DNA of 64,000 nucleotides from Fimbriimonadales bacterium (GTDB lineage Bacteria; Armatimonadota; Fimbriimonadia; Fimbriimonadales; JABRVX01). Under the pieces are notes generated by a model. The model was given only the letters and a program-made list of their open reading frames with translations, did no database searches and was not told the origin of the DNA. The stretch's first letter is position 1, and each line of letters starts with the position of its first letter. Shown piece after piece: positions 29,971 to 40,794 of this stretch. The stretch spans positions 37,703 to 101,702 of the forward strand of contig BTVI01000006.1 in NCBI GenBank assembly GCA_045862955.1, given 5' to 3'. Made by a program: the position numbers and the translations under genes.

Positions 29971-30918
29971 CTACCTTATGGTGTCCCACTGATACTCGTC
30001 TAGGTCCAGGATCTGCCTGTTGAACGGGTTGACGCCACGGATGAGCTGCCCCAACCGCTGACCGCTCGCGTGGCCATCCGCGAACGACAGGTTAAACACC
30101 TGGCCGCCGCTGAAGAACGGGAAGCAGCCGCCCCACGCGTTCCACAGCGCCTTGCAGCCCGGGCTGTTCGGGTCGCCGTTGTTGGGCGCGTAGTAGCACT
30201 TCCAGCCACCGAGCCAAGCCCGAAGGTCGGCGGGAGCAGCAGGAGCATCCACCGCCCAGCTACCGCCACCGCGCGGTCGCCCCGAGGGCTCGCGTCCTCC
30301 GATCGAGTCCACGAGCAGAATCGTCCTTGCGGGAGAACCTATGGACGACCACCCCACGTTCTTCATGGTTGCCGCTTGGTCAAAGGTCACGGGGTAGGAG
30401 AGCCAGTTGTAGTTGAGCCCGTAGCTGGAGCGCCAGGCCCACGCCCAGTGCCTTCGCGCCGTCTGATCGGGAGGCACGTACTCGCCCGAGCCGGGCACGC
30501 GGGAAAGCGACTCATCGCTCGCATCGGGGTCCATGGGACCACGGAATACGTGCCACGACTTCGCATAGGGCTGGACGTTCTCCGGCCAGGGCATGTCGTG
30601 CTCGCTCCGTCCTGGCCCGTGCCATGCGCCGAAGAAGGGAGAGCCGAAGCCCCACGAGTTGACGGGCACGCAACGGTTGCCGTTGTCGTCGCGGTACATG
30701 AAGATCGCGTGGGCGCACTGACGGAGGTTGCTGATGTCCTGCGCACGCTTGGCCTGTTCCCTCGCCTGGCCGAACACCGGGAACAGGATGGAGGCAAGGA
30801 TGGTGAGCACGGCGACGACCACTAGGAGCTCGACGAGGGTGAACGCAGCACCCACTGCGGCGGGCCTCTGACGCCCTCCAACCGAGAACCGCTCCGTAGT
30901 CAACCTGCGGTTGAGCAC
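29971..30918 (-). CDS. prepilin-type N-terminal cleavage protein (DUF1559-like)
   Basis: AFTLVELLVVVAVLTILASILFPVF; C-terminal FNLSFADGHA. Start uncertain. Confidence 0.88.
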   Translation of the reverse strand: MLNRRLTTERFSVGGRQRPAAVGAAFTLVELLVVVAVLTILASILFPVFGQAREQAKRAQDISNLRQCAHAIFMYRDDNGNRCVPVNSWGFGSPFFGAWHGPGRSEHDMPWPENVQPYAKSWHVFRGPMDPDASDESLSRVPGSGEYVPPDQTARRHWAWAWRSSYGLNYNWLSYPVTFDQAATMKNVGWSSIGSPARTILLVDSIGGREPSGRPRGGGSWAVDAPAAPADLRAWLGGWKCYYAPNNGDPNSPGCKALWNAWGGCFPFFSGGQVFNLSFADGHASGQRLGQLIRGVNPFNRQILDLDEYQWDTIR

Positions 30919-31118
30919 GAGACGAGAGCTTCGCTCCTATCACAGCATGTCCTGCTGCTGGCACCAGCGACTCGTGTAGCCATACTAAGTAAACAAACGC
31001 ACCATCTATCTTGACCCATCTCGTCCGCAGATGGTGCACTAGGAGCACGGTGCGATACGACGGCACTGATGAGCTTATGTTCGTGTCGTGCACAATAATC
31101 GAACGGAGGTAGGACTAC

Positions 31119-32530
31119 ATGCGGAATTGCTTTCCCATAACTCTCCTGTGCGTCGTCTGCACGGCTTACGCCGACGATTGCCCGTGGGGGAGAGTCGTAG
31201 CGTCGTCCGGCCCACCGGACATTGCCCTGGTAGGACCCTCACCGGACCCGTCAGACCCCGAAGTGGGCGTGCCGCGCATCGTCTCTGGTGCGGAGTTGCC
31301 GGCTGCTGCGTTTCAGTTCACGCTGCCGCCAGCAGGCACGGCCTACCACCTGACCAAGCTCAGAGTGTATGCCGACCTGGCCTACGGCAATGGATTCCCG
31401 GCACAGGTCGAACTACGCGTCTTCTACGATCAGGCTGGCGCGCCGTCACCGCAGCAGGTGCCAGGCTCGTTAAGAGCGGCCTCCCCAGCGATCGGGCTGG
31501 CTCGCACTGCGAACAACGTCGACTACTGGGCCCAGCTGCGTCTTCAGTCGATGGTAGGTGTTGCCTTGAGCTTCAGCCCGGATCTCGTGCTGGATCCCGG
31601 CACTTACTGGATGACGGTCGCGGGGGCCGACGCACCGCTTGCGCTATACGCAGGGTCTGCGGGGGGCAACCGAAGGCCACAGCTGGCACGTGGACGTGGA
31701 ATGGACAGCAGTGGACCCTGGTGGACCAGCCCGAGCCGGGCACGCAGTGGCAGATGCCTGGGTACTCGACGGCACTAACACCCGGGGGCGTCAGGCCCAA
31801 TGAACTCCCTGACACGTCCAAGTACCGCATTGCCTACGCACTCGAAGACCTCATGCAGGGGGGCCTGCTCAAGGCGTCGCTGGTGGTGGACGGTTGGGCG
31901 GTGCCCGCTGACCCCTACCGTAACAGGTATTTCCGCGAAGATTCGGCAGGGATCCAGGACCCGCCAGCGCTCACCCCGGAAGGGCTGCGTTACGACCGAG
32001 ACTGGCACCTCGTCGTTGACGTGCTGTACTGCGATCCGGAGACGGGCCGTCCGTTCATCGTGGACACGTTGGCGTTGGGCCTACCTCTCGGGGAAGCAGG
32101 AGTCGAGATGCCCGTGTCCTCAGGTCGGGTGGCGGTCGGCGAGTACGAGGTTCGGATCTACTCCCGTCACCACTTGGTCGGCCGCTGGGAGTGCGACAAC
32201 CTTACGCAGACACACTACCGGGGGATGGGCCACGGCCACGTTCCTCTGGCGCTCCCCAACGTCCAGATCGAAGCGTGCCAGGACACCGACCTGGGCCAGA
32301 TCACAATGGCTAACGGTGACGGCGACCTGGACTGCGAAGTCGGCATGGCCGATCTCAGCCTCGTCCTGCAACGTTTCGGAGCCACGGTACTGATGGACTC
32401 GGGCTGTCCGCCTTCAGGGTGGAACAGCTACTACTCCAGCATCGATGCCGATTACAGCGGGGTCATCGTCGTTGCGGACCTGAACGTTGTCCTGAACAAC
32501 TTCGCCCAAACCGGCCCGCACCGCTGGTAG
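31119..32530 (+). pseudogene. secreted protein with dockerin-like C-terminus, split by frameshift at G6 run
   Basis: Signal-peptide ORF from 31119 (GGAGG RBS) shifts at GGGGGG 31661-31666 into the frame that ends NGDGDLDCEVGMADLSLVLQRFG...DLNVVLNNFAQTGP. Confidence 0.7.
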
Positions 32531-32946
32531 ACGTCGACACCGCGTAGCTGACGGTCCCGCCGCCATTCCGCACGATGCATGCGCAGGTGAGTTGCACGCG
32601 CCGGGCGATGGGCCGGGGCAGCGCAACGACAAGTCTCCACTGCGAGAGCAGTGGAGACTCCTCCATTGACGCCGCGTTCCGGCCCACCGCCGTTCGCGCC
32701 GCCCACATGCTTCATTCTATCCCAAGATGCCGCAGAATGCGACCGCTGCTGCACCAGCACGTGGAGTTCCTAGGCCTCGGTGCACCCGAACCCGGGTCCG
32801 CCGCACTCCGCCACCCTACCGCACACCGGCGACCTCGGCAGCCGAACGTCGGGGCCCTCGGGATGCCCCGGCGCGGTCCCTGGCCTCGTCGCAGGTGGGA
32901 GCTTGGCGGTAGCCGACCGGGACGCGGGCCAGGGCATGAATAAGTT

Positions 32947-33218
32947 GTCATTCCGATCGCAGCGAGGAATCTCTTTCTCCAGTGCCACCAGGCGAGAGTG
33001 CCCCGGCGCGGCCCTCGGGATCTCAGCAAGGGTGCGGTGGCTGGAGAGCTGCAAACGCGGACCGGGGCACCGAGAGATTGGATTCCCGCCTGCGCGGGAA
33101 TGACGACATGCTCGGCAACAGGGTGGAGGCGACATTCATTGGATTCCCGCCTGCGCGGGAATGACGAAGGTTACAGGCTTACACCCGTGATTCTCATTCC
33201 CGCAGAGGCGGGAATCCA
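32947..33218. repeat. cluster of ATTCCC-N8-GGGAAT palindromes (family C)
   Basis: GGATTCCCGCCTGCGCGGGAATGAC at ~33080 and ~33141; inverted CATTCCCGCAGAGGCGGGAATCC at ~33195; related GTCATTCCG...GAGGAATCT at ~32947. Confidence 0.75.
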
Positions 33219-33313
33219 GTCCGTCGCTCCGGGCCCACGACGTTCGGCTGCCGATGTCGCCCAAGGCGGGAGCTTGGCGCCAGTCGGCAACCGAAACGTG
33301 TAGGCATAGAAGA

Positions 33314-33339
33314 CCGGGCGCCCCACAAGGGGCGCCCGG
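33314..33339 (-). terminator. probable intrinsic terminator
   Basis: CCGGGCGCCCC-ACAA-GGGGCGCCCGG just downstream of the minus-strand operon. Confidence 0.6.
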
Positions 33340-33364
33340 CCACGCAGTAGATGCGACGAAGCCC

Positions 33365-33595
33365 TTACCGGCTACCCTTCGTCGAAGGAGCCAGCATTCC
33401 AGACCCCGGAACCACACCGCCCTCCTCGAGAGGAGGAGCGTCGACAGGAGACTTCTGCTTGGCCAGCTCGTCCAACGTGGACTGGGTCTTGTGCTGCTCG
33501 CTTCCGATGCCCGCCTTCTGGGCGATGAGCCAGGCTCCGCCGAGAACGATGACCGCGATGACGACGATCCACCAAGGGCTAACGTTCTTCTTCAT
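33365..33595 (-). CDS. small single-TM partner of prepilin-like gene
   Basis: MKKNVSPWWIVVIAVIVLGGAWLI with a Pro/Gly-containing tail; starts 1 bp after the prepilin-like gene stop. Confidence 0.8.
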   Translation of the reverse strand: MKKNVSPWWIVVIAVIVLGGAWLIAQKAGIGSEQHKTQSTLDELAKQKSPVDAPPLEEGGVVPGSGMLAPSTKGSR

Positions 33596-33596
33596 G

Positions 33597-34454
33597 CTAC
33601 TTCAGGTCCCACAGGTAGGCGTCGCGGTCGTAGATGCGTCCGGTCCAACCATCCTTAACCTCGCACCCTGCAGCGATCTGCGGGATCTTCATCGTCTTCA
33701 CGTGGGTATCAGTGAAGATGACGTTGACCATGTCGCCGTGCCACGGCCACGAACCGCCGTACACGTTCCATGCGAGCGGTTGGCTGGGCCTCCAGCCTCC
33801 GAACCAGTAGTACACTGTTGTTCCCGGCGGAAACACGAACGTGTCGATGTTGTCCACCGTGGTTCTCGCCGGCGGGTCGAGAGCCCAGTTGCCTCCACCC
33901 TTGGGAGCGCCGTTGTTCGGGTCGCGATCCCAGATGCTGTCCACGGCAAGGATCATCTTGGCTCGGGCCTCGATACGCCCGTCCTTGATTCCCCATCCTC
34001 CGCAAACGTTCTGCACACACGCCAGTGGCGACACGTACTGCATATTCAGGCCGACGTTGGCGAACGTGCCGCGGCCGTAGTACTTGCAGTTGTTATCGGT
34101 GGGAGCGCACGGTGCGTCTGTCAGGATGTTGCGCTCCAAGATGCTCGGCTTCTGGTTCGGGTCTGCCGGACAGCTCAGGATGTTCCAGCTCTTCAAATAC
34201 GGCTGAATCGTCCAAGTCCAGGGCTTGTCCGGATAGTTGTTAATGCGCGGGTCGAGGTTCGTCGGCGGGAACTTGGCATCGTTGTCTCCCTTGTACATCT
34301 CGACGCCCTTGCCGACCTGGTTGAAGTTGTTCGAGCACTGAATCTTCTTAGCCTGGCTTCGCGCCTGGGCGAAAACCGGGAAGAGAATGGCTGCGAGGAT
34401 GGCAATGATTGCGATCACGACGAGCAGCTCGATAAGCGTAAAGCCTCGTCTCAT
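33597..34454 (-). CDS. prepilin-type N-terminal cleavage protein (DUF1559-like)
   Basis: [42 protein letters not shown]-terminal [16 protein letters not shown]. Confidence 0.92.
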   Translation of the reverse strand: MRRGFTLIELLVVIAIIAILAAILFPVFAQARSQAKKIQCSNNFNQVGKGVEMYKGDNDAKFPPTNLDPRINNYPDKPWTWTIQPYLKSWNILSCPADPNQKPSILERNILTDAPCAPTDNNCKYYGRGTFANVGLNMQYVSPLACVQNVCGGWGIKDGRIEARAKMILAVDSIWDRDPNNGAPKGGGNWALDPPARTTVDNIDTFVFPPGTTVYYWFGGWRPSQPLAWNVYGGSWPWHGDMVNVIFTDTHVKTMKIPQIAAGCEVKDGWTGRIYDRDAYLWDLK

Positions 34455-34569
34455 ATAGGTGAAACCTCCTTGATGCCCGGGCCTGTCGCGGCGCAAAGCG
34501 CCGTCCGAACGCCCAAGGGACCTTTTATTGTATCTTAACAGAGCCAATCTTGTTCCAAAAGCCGGGATT

Positions 34570-35049
34570 TCACACAGGCTCGACGGCAGATACGATGCGA
34601 TAATGGGCCTCCCCACGCGGCGTGCGAACCGTCACGGTCTCCCCGACCGCTCTTCCGATCAGCGCCTTGCCCATTGGCGACACGATGGAAATCAGCCCGT
34701 GCTCTGGGTCCGCTTCGAATGCGCCAACCAGGGTAACGGTGAACTCACCGCCCCGCTCCACGTCGTGCAGCGTCGCCTGAGAGCCGATGTGGAGCAGCTC
34801 GCCCATTCCATCCGGGCGTTCGACGATCTTTGCGTGGTCCAGGATCCACTCCAGGTCCCGAATTCGGCCTTCCAGCCGAGCCTGGACCGATTTGACCTCC
34901 TCGTACGCGGCGTTCTCGCGGATGTCGCCGTGGGCGCGTGCCTCACGCAGCGCCTCGCCCACTTGTGTCCGCTTCGGGCCCTTCAGCTCTTGTAGCTCTT
35001 GCAGCAGCCTCTCGCGGCCCGCTTTGGTCAGCAATACTTCGTCCTTCAT
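34570..35049 (-). CDS. greA: transcription elongation factor GreA
   Basis: [27 protein letters not shown]. Confidence 0.95.
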   Translation of the reverse strand: MKDEVLLTKAGRERLLQELQELKGPKRTQVGEALREARAHGDIRENAAYEEVKSVQARLEGRIRDLEWILDHAKIVERPDGMGELLHIGSQATLHDVERGGEFTVTLVGAFEADPEHGLISIVSPMGKALIGRAVGETVTVRTPRGEAHYRIVSAVEPV

Positions 35050-35116
35050 GTCGGCGCATAGCCTAACACGCCGCGGGCCCCGAGGTCAAGCGCGCAGGGC
35101 TCCAAACCTCGATTGC

Positions 35117-35145
35117 TTGACACGACGTGCTGACGGGGCTATACT
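35117..35145 (+). promoter_or_regulatory. sigma70 promoter of tRNA-Gly
   Basis: TTGACA, 17 bp, TATACT. Confidence 0.75.
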
Positions 35146-35156
35146 TCGATTGTCGA

Positions 35157-35231
35157 GCGGGAGTAGTTCAGCGGTAGAACGTCAGCTTCCCAAGCTGAAT
35201 GTCGAGGGTTCGACTCCCTTCTCCCGCTCCA
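35157..35231 (+). tRNA. tRNA-Gly(CCC)
   Basis: GCGGGAG/CTCCCGC acceptor stem, TCAGC-TTCCCAA-GCTGA anticodon arm, GGTTCGA T-loop, CCA end. Confidence 0.96.
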
Positions 35232-35327
35232 TTCCCTCTCCTTTCAGGACCTCTTGCGTAGCAGGCATCGCCCACACCGTACGGAATCAGGGGGTGAGAC
35301 TCGCATAGCCCTGAAAGGAGCTCCGGC

Positions 35328-36425
35328 ATGAAGTGGTCTTGGAGAATCGCAACGTACTCGGGTATTCCCGTGTACATCCACGCCACGTTCCTCTTACTTA
35401 TCGGGTTCGTGTTGTGGGTGCACTTCGAGCAGGGGCATAACCTCGCAACCGCGCTCGGGGGCGTCGCATTCATCCTGCTGCTGTTCCTCTGCGTGATTCT
35501 GCACGAGTTCGGACACGCGCTCACCGCAAAGCGCTACGGCATCAAGACCCGCGACATCACACTGCTTCCCATCGGTGGGGTGGCACGGCTCGAGCGCATG
35601 CCGGACGACCCTCGCCAGGAGCTGTGGGTGGCTCTTGCGGGTCCCGCGGTCAACGTGGTGATCGCCGTCGGACTGTACGTCGTGCTTTCTCTCACTAGCG
35701 GGCTCGAGGACCTGTCGCGTACGCAATTGGTCGGAGGCGGTCTGCTGCCGAAGCTGATGCTGGTAAACGTCTGGCTCGTCGTGTTCAACATGCTGCCCGC
35801 ATTTCCGATGGACGGGGGAAGAGTGCTTCGCGCTCTGCTCGCCATGCGCATGCCGTATGCTCAGGCGACCCAGATTGCGGCGGGCCTCGGGCAAGGCATG
35901 GCGTTCATCTTCGGTTTCATCGGGCTGTGGATCGGACACCCCTTCCTGATCTTCATCGCGCTGTTCGTGTACTTGGGAGCGGCAGGCGAGGCGTCCGCCG
36001 CCGTAATGCGCGCCTCGTTCGAGAACGTGCCGGTACGCGAGGCGATGGTAACCCATTTCCAGGCGCTGGACGCCAACTCGCCGTTGCAAGCAGCCGTAGA
36101 CGCACTGCTGGCGGGCTATCAGCAGGACTTCCCCGTCCTTGAGAACGGCGCGGTGGTGGGGGTCCTGACGCGCCAAGATTTGGTGAACGCGCTGGCTGCC
36201 GGGGGACCGAGCCAACCCGTTGCAAACGCGATGCGGCGCACGTGCGATGCGCTAGATGCCGAGCAAATGCTGGATGTAGGGTTCCAGCGCATCCAGGCTT
36301 CGGAGTGTCATTCGCTGCCAGTCCTGAGCCGCGGCCAGTTGGTGGGAATGATTACGGCGGAGAACATCGGCGAGTTCGTGATGGTGCGCACGGCCCTCAC
36401 CGAGCGAGCGCGACGCTCTCGCTAG
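35328..36425 (+). CDS. site-2 (M50) zinc metalloprotease with tandem CBS domains
   Basis: HEFGH, AGPAVN, FNMLPAFPMDGGR; two C-terminal CBS domains. Confidence 0.93.
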   Translation: MKWSWRIATYSGIPVYIHATFLLLIGFVLWVHFEQGHNLATALGGVAFILLLFLCVILHEFGHALTAKRYGIKTRDITLLPIGGVARLERMPDDPRQELWVALAGPAVNVVIAVGLYVVLSLTSGLEDLSRTQLVGGGLLPKLMLVNVWLVVFNMLPAFPMDGGRVLRALLAMRMPYAQATQIAAGLGQGMAFIFGFIGLWIGHPFLIFIALFVYLGAAGEASAAVMRASFENVPVREAMVTHFQALDANSPLQAAVDALLAGYQQDFPVLENGAVVGVLTRQDLVNALAAGGPSQPVANAMRRTCDALDAEQMLDVGFQRIQASECHSLPVLSRGQLVGMITAENIGEFVMVRTALTERARRSR

Positions 36426-36540
36426 GCGACACGGTCCAATGTCGGCTAGCCCGGGCCCGCGTCAAGGCCGATTGTCCCGATTTCAGCAGCTTGGTGATGG
36501 GCCGATATTTCAATAGTTCTATAATCATCGTAGCAACGCG

Positions 36541-36924
36541 ATGACACCGGACCAATCTCAGCTGGCAAGATACTTCAAGGCCCTGGGCGACCCTACCCGG
36601 CTTCGCATCTTCTGCTTTCTGCGGGACGCTTGTCGCCCGGTCGCCGTGGATGACACCGGCGATGTGCGGCGCGTACGCGGCCAGACCGTGGGAGAGGTGT
36701 GCTGCCACGTTACCGGCGTGGAGCGGGCCTCGTCGGCCATCTCCTTTCACCTGAAGGAGCTGCGCACGGCGGGTCTGATTGACGTCACTCGGAAGGGCCG
36801 TCACCTCATCTGCGCGGCCAACCACGAAGCCATCGAAGCCTTGGCGGCCTTCTTCGCGGGGGGCTGGGAGAAATCGGGTGTAGACTGCTGCGTCGAGGAA
36901 GGAGCAACGAAGAGTGGCAACTGA
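36541..36924 (+). CDS. arsR: ArsR/SmtB-family repressor
   Basis: FKALGDPTRLRI, VGEVCC, ISFHLKELRTAGLI, C-terminal CC; heads the ars operon. Confidence 0.9.
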   Translation: MTPDQSQLARYFKALGDPTRLRIFCFLRDACRPVAVDDTGDVRRVRGQTVGEVCCHVTGVERASSAISFHLKELRTAGLIDVTRKGRHLICAANHEAIEALAAFFAGGWEKSGVDCCVEEGATKSGN

Positions 36925-37747
36925 GAACGACCGATTCGAACAGGTTGAGCAAGCCGTGCGCGAGAGGTACGCGGGAGCGGCCCTGAGCGTCATATCGGGG
37001 AGCAAGGGCAGTTGTTGCGGTTCGGGGGGCTGCGACCCCGTGACCGCGGACCTCTACGGCCGGGAGGAGGCGGGTGCGCTGCCGGAGCAGGCCCTGCTCG
37101 CCTCGCTCGGCTGCGGCAATCCGACCGCGCTGGCCGAGTTGACCGAAGGCGAAATCGTTTTGGACCTCGGCAGCGGAGGCGGAATCGATGTGCTGCTGTC
37201 GGCCAAGCGAGTGGGTCCATCGGGGTTCGTCTACGGGCTGGACATGACGGACGAGATGCTGGAGCTGGCCGAGCGGAATCGCGCGGCGGCGGGCGTCGAA
37301 AACGTACGCTTCCTAAAGGGGCACATCGAGGACATCCCCCTTCCTGACGGCAGTGTGGACGTGATCATCTCGAATTGCGTGATCAACCTCTCCGCCGACA
37401 AAGACCGAGTGTTTGCCGAGGCTTTTCGGGTGCTTAGGCCCGGAGGGAGATTCGCCGTGTCGGACGTGGTGGTGGACGGAGAGTTGCCCGAGTCCGTGCG
37501 AAAGGACATGGAGCTGTTCGTCGGGTGCATCGCCGGCGCGCTGGAGCGCAAAGACTATATGCGAAGGCTCGAGGCGGCCGGATTCGGCGATATCGCCGTG
37601 GTGCCGACCCGGCGCTACACCTTCGCCGATGCCGATTCGATGGGACTGGAGTCCGATGCACTTCGCTCGATGACTCCCGAGGAGCGAAAGCGACTGGACG
37701 GTCGTATCATGGCGGCATTCATCCGCGCAAGGAAGCCGCAAGCGTGA
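36914..37747 (+). CDS. arsM: arsenite S-adenosylmethionine methyltransferase
   Basis: [36 protein letters not shown]. Confidence 0.95.
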   Translation: MATENDRFEQVEQAVRERYAGAALSVISGSKGSCCGSGGCDPVTADLYGREEAGALPEQALLASLGCGNPTALAELTEGEIVLDLGSGGGIDVLLSAKRVGPSGFVYGLDMTDEMLELAERNRAAAGVENVRFLKGHIEDIPLPDGSVDVIISNCVINLSADKDRVFAEAFRVLRPGGRFAVSDVVVDGELPESVRKDMELFVGCIAGALERKDYMRRLEAAGFGDIAVVPTRRYTFADADSMGLESDALRSMTPEERKRLDGRIMAAFIRARKPQA

Positions 37748-38151
37748 AGCGGGTGCTGTTCGTCTGCGTACACAACGCTGGCAGAAGCCAGATGGCCGAG
37801 GCGTTCCTGCGGCGGCTCGGTGCGGACGTGGCAATCGCAGAGTCAGCGGGCACCGAGGGTGGCGCGACACTCAACCCGACGGTGGTCGAGGCAATGAACG
37901 AGATCGGTTACGATATGTCGGGCCATGCGCCCAAGCTGCTGACGCCGGAGATGGTACGAGCAGCCGACAGAGTGATCACCATGGGATGCGGGGTGGACTC
38001 GCAGTCATGCCCGGCATTGCACATGGAGTGCGAGGACTGGGGGTTGGACGACCCCAAGGGGCGCCCGCTGGAAGAGGTCCGAAAGATACGAGACCAGGTG
38101 CGCGCCCGAGTGGAGCAGTTGGTGGAGGAGTTGAGACGATGCGAAGGTTGA
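37744..38151 (+). CDS. arsC: arsenate reductase (LMW-PTP family)
   Basis: [21 protein letters not shown]...CP, DDPKG; GTG start overlaps the arsM stop. Confidence 0.92.
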   Translation: MKRVLFVCVHNAGRSQMAEAFLRRLGADVAIAESAGTEGGATLNPTVVEAMNEIGYDMSGHAPKLLTPEMVRAADRVITMGCGVDSQSCPALHMECEDWGLDDPKGRPLEEVRKIRDQVRARVEQLVEELRRCEG

Positions 38152-39185
38152 GCTTGCTAGACCGCTACCTTACCCTCTGGATCTTTCTGGGTATGGCATT
38201 CGGCGTGGCCCTCGGGCACTTCTGGCCGGCTGTGGCCGAGATCAGCACGAAGTTCCAGGTGGGCACCACGTCTATCCCCATCGCGGTGGGTCTAATCCTG
38301 ATGATGTACCCGCCGCTCGCCAAGGTGCGATACGAAGAGCTGCCCAGGGTGTTCCGAGACTTCCGAATCCTCGGCATCTCGCTGCTACTCAACTGGGTGA
38401 TCGGTCCGGTGCTGATGTTCGCGTTGGCGATCCTGTTTCTGGCAGGCTACCCGGAATACATGGTAGGTCTGATCATGATAGGTCTGGCCCGATGCATCGC
38501 GATGGTTATCGTGTGGAACGACCTCGCCAAGGGCGACACGGAGTATGCCGCCGGGTTGGTCGCGTTCAACTCGATCTTTCAGGTCTTCTTCTACTCGGTG
38601 TATGCGTACGTGTTCGTCACGGTGCTACCACCGGTGTTCGGATTGAAGGGGAGTGTCGTTCAGATAAGCATCGGTCAGATTGCGGAGAGCGTGTTCATCT
38701 ACCTCGGCATCCCGTTCATCGCAGGCATGCTGACGCGGTACACGCTCGTCCGAGCGAAGGGGCGAGAGTGGTACGAGCGCAGGTTCATTCCGGTGATATC
38801 ACCCATCACCCTTATCGCTCTGCTCTTCACCATCGTTGTCATGTTCTCGCTGAAGGGCGAGGTGATCGTGCAACTCCCGTTAGACGTGCTGCGGATCGCG
38901 GTGCCTCTACTTATCTACTTCGTCGCGATGTTCCTGGTCTCGTTCTGGATCGGGAAGAGCTTGGGCGCCGACTACTCGAAGACCGCGACGATCTCCTTCA
39001 CCGCGGCGAGCAACAACTTCGAACTGGCAATCGCCGTGGCGGTAGCAGTCTTCGGGATCAAGAGCGGAGCGGCCTTCGCAGCGGTGATCGGACCTCTGGT
39101 CGAGGTACCCGTGCTGATTTCGCTCGTCAATGTCTCGCTGTGGTTCCAGCGCCGATGGTTACAGAGCATGCCCTCGGTCGCTTGA
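38139..39185 (+). CDS. acr3: ACR3-family arsenite efflux transporter
   Basis: [46 protein letters not shown]. Confidence 0.95.
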   Translation: MRRLSLLDRYLTLWIFLGMAFGVALGHFWPAVAEISTKFQVGTTSIPIAVGLILMMYPPLAKVRYEELPRVFRDFRILGISLLLNWVIGPVLMFALAILFLAGYPEYMVGLIMIGLARCIAMVIVWNDLAKGDTEYAAGLVAFNSIFQVFFYSVYAYVFVTVLPPVFGLKGSVVQISIGQIAESVFIYLGIPFIAGMLTRYTLVRAKGREWYERRFIPVISPITLIALLFTIVVMFSLKGEVIVQLPLDVLRIAVPLLIYFVAMFLVSFWIGKSLGADYSKTATISFTAASNNFELAIAVAVAVFGIKSGAAFAAVIGPLVEVPVLISLVNVSLWFQRRWLQSMPSVA

Positions 39186-39244
39186 CTCCGAGCCATGGCG
39201 CATGCACACCCGCGCGGCGCGCACTGATGCACCCTCGCCTCTCC

Positions 39245-39685
39245 TCACCCCAGGCGCTGGCCGGGGCGGGACGTGGAGGCCTGGCCGTTGCGCTCACCCA
39301 CACCGAGGTCCAGATACCAATATCCCACCCAGCACACCGCCGCACTGCTACCCCCGATGAGAAGGGGAATTGCGGCGTCGAACACAGTATTGTACGTCAG
39401 GATTCCGTGGGATTGATACCCGAGCAGCATTCGGAAGCCATTCCAGAGCGCTGCGGCGGTAGCCGCACAAAGGGTGATGCCGATACCAGGCTGGCGACGG
39501 CTGAGATGCCAAAGTGGCCCTAGAACGACCAGCCCGAGCCCGCCAAAAACCAGCGCGCTCACTGCGGCCCCCTGGCTGTACACTCCCGTGCCCACGCCGA
39601 TCGATACCCATACGAGCCCGGAGAGGAAGCCAGAAACGAACCAGATGCCCGCGACCATGCCACACCGGGCCAGCCACTTCCCCAT
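39245..39685 (-). CDS. hypothetical 4-TM membrane protein
   Basis: Four hydrophobic segments; GGAGG RBS; last gene of the minus-strand cluster. Confidence 0.7.
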   Translation of the reverse strand: MGKWLARCGMVAGIWFVSGFLSGLVWVSIGVGTGVYSQGAAVSALVFGGLGLVVLGPLWHLSRRQPGIGITLCAATAAALWNGFRMLLGYQSHGILTYNTVFDAAIPLLIGGSSAAVCWVGYWYLDLGVGERNGQASTSRPGQRLG

Positions 39686-39689
39686 CGTC

Positions 39690-40318
39690 CTACCTCCCGC
39701 TCGCTCCCTCGATGAAGTACGTGGCGTTATCGCAGAACGCGAAGGCCCATGGGTCGCCTTCGTCCAGCCCGGGCACGCTTACCACCGATCCATCTATCTG
39801 GAGCCGCAATACCTGACAAACGGCACGAGCGTCGTCTGATTCCTGCACTTGTGCCCGTGCCATGGACATGCGAGAATGCCGAGACGAGCGGCTCGCGCCA
39901 GAATCCAGCGCCAGTGGTAGGCCGAGTCCCAGGGCTCGAAGTGGCGGATGTAGTAGTAGCTGACAGGATAGCGAACGTAGGGCGGCAGATCCCACGGGCA
40001 ACCGAAGATGAGGGGGAACCGTGTCCCGGTGGTCGGTCTCGGGTCCGCATCGCAGTGCATTACCCTGATGTCCTTTGCGTACGGCTCGATGGCCGACAGA
40101 TACCGTGGCGCGTTCCGCCAGCCGCCGTATTCGTCGCAGTAGGCTTGAAACGCGACGTAGAGGTTGCGCAGATTCGTCGTGCAGGACGTGCGCAGTGACT
40201 GTCGTCGCGCCTGCAGCACGACGGGGTAGATCAGCCCCAACACGACCGCTATTATCGCGACCACCACCAGCAGTTCGATAAGAGTGAAGCCGCGACGCCA
40301 CCGGTGCCGCGCCCGCAT
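39690..40318 (-). pseudogene. prepilin-type N-terminal cleavage protein, frameshifted near 39815
   Basis: [19 protein letters not shown]...CTTNLRNL...ACPWHG. The expected C-terminus VLRLQIDGSV lies in another frame that ends at 39690. Confidence 0.6.
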
Positions 40319-40419
40319 CGCCGGCGCACGTACACTGCCGTGGTAGCAATGAGGACCCGTTGCCGGGGCTGCACCGTCGCCTCCTCGGCGGCCGAGGTTC
40401 CAGTGTTTTCGCCTAACCA

Positions 40420-40794
40420 TCATTGCACCCAGGCAGGGCAGACGAAGTTCTGCAGGTCGTTGGCTCGGGCCTCCTCACACGAGATGGTGAAGTTGCAGCA
40501 GCCGCCGTTCAGCACGCACGGATCGGGGTAGCAGTCTGCCACATGCTTGCCGAGCAGGGCGCCTGTGTATGGAACGTAGCAGCAGTAAAGCCAGCAGCCC
40601 CAAGCGTATCCGTAGTTCCAACTGACAGGATTGCAGTAGTGCCTGGGCCAGTCGTAGCAGGCGGTGATCGGCCGCCAATACCTTATCCAGGACTCTCCCG
40701 GGCCGCATGGCACCGCCCCCGTCACGGCGATCCAACCCACGGCCCCCAGGGCCGCCACCATCGCGGCTTCTCTCCAAAGCGATGTCCAGTTCAT
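40420..40794 (-). CDS. secreted cysteine-rich small protein (12 Cys)
   Basis: GGAGGAG RBS; ATGA overlap with the upstream gene; hydrophobic leader followed by ~95 aa with 12 Cys, rich in Trp/Tyr. Confidence 0.7.
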   Translation of the reverse strand: MNWTSLWREAAMVAALGAVGWIAVTGAVPCGPGESWIRYWRPITACYDWPRHYCNPVSWNYGYAWGCWLYCCYVPYTGALLGKHVADCYPDPCVLNGGCCNFTISCEEARANDLQNFVCPAWVQ

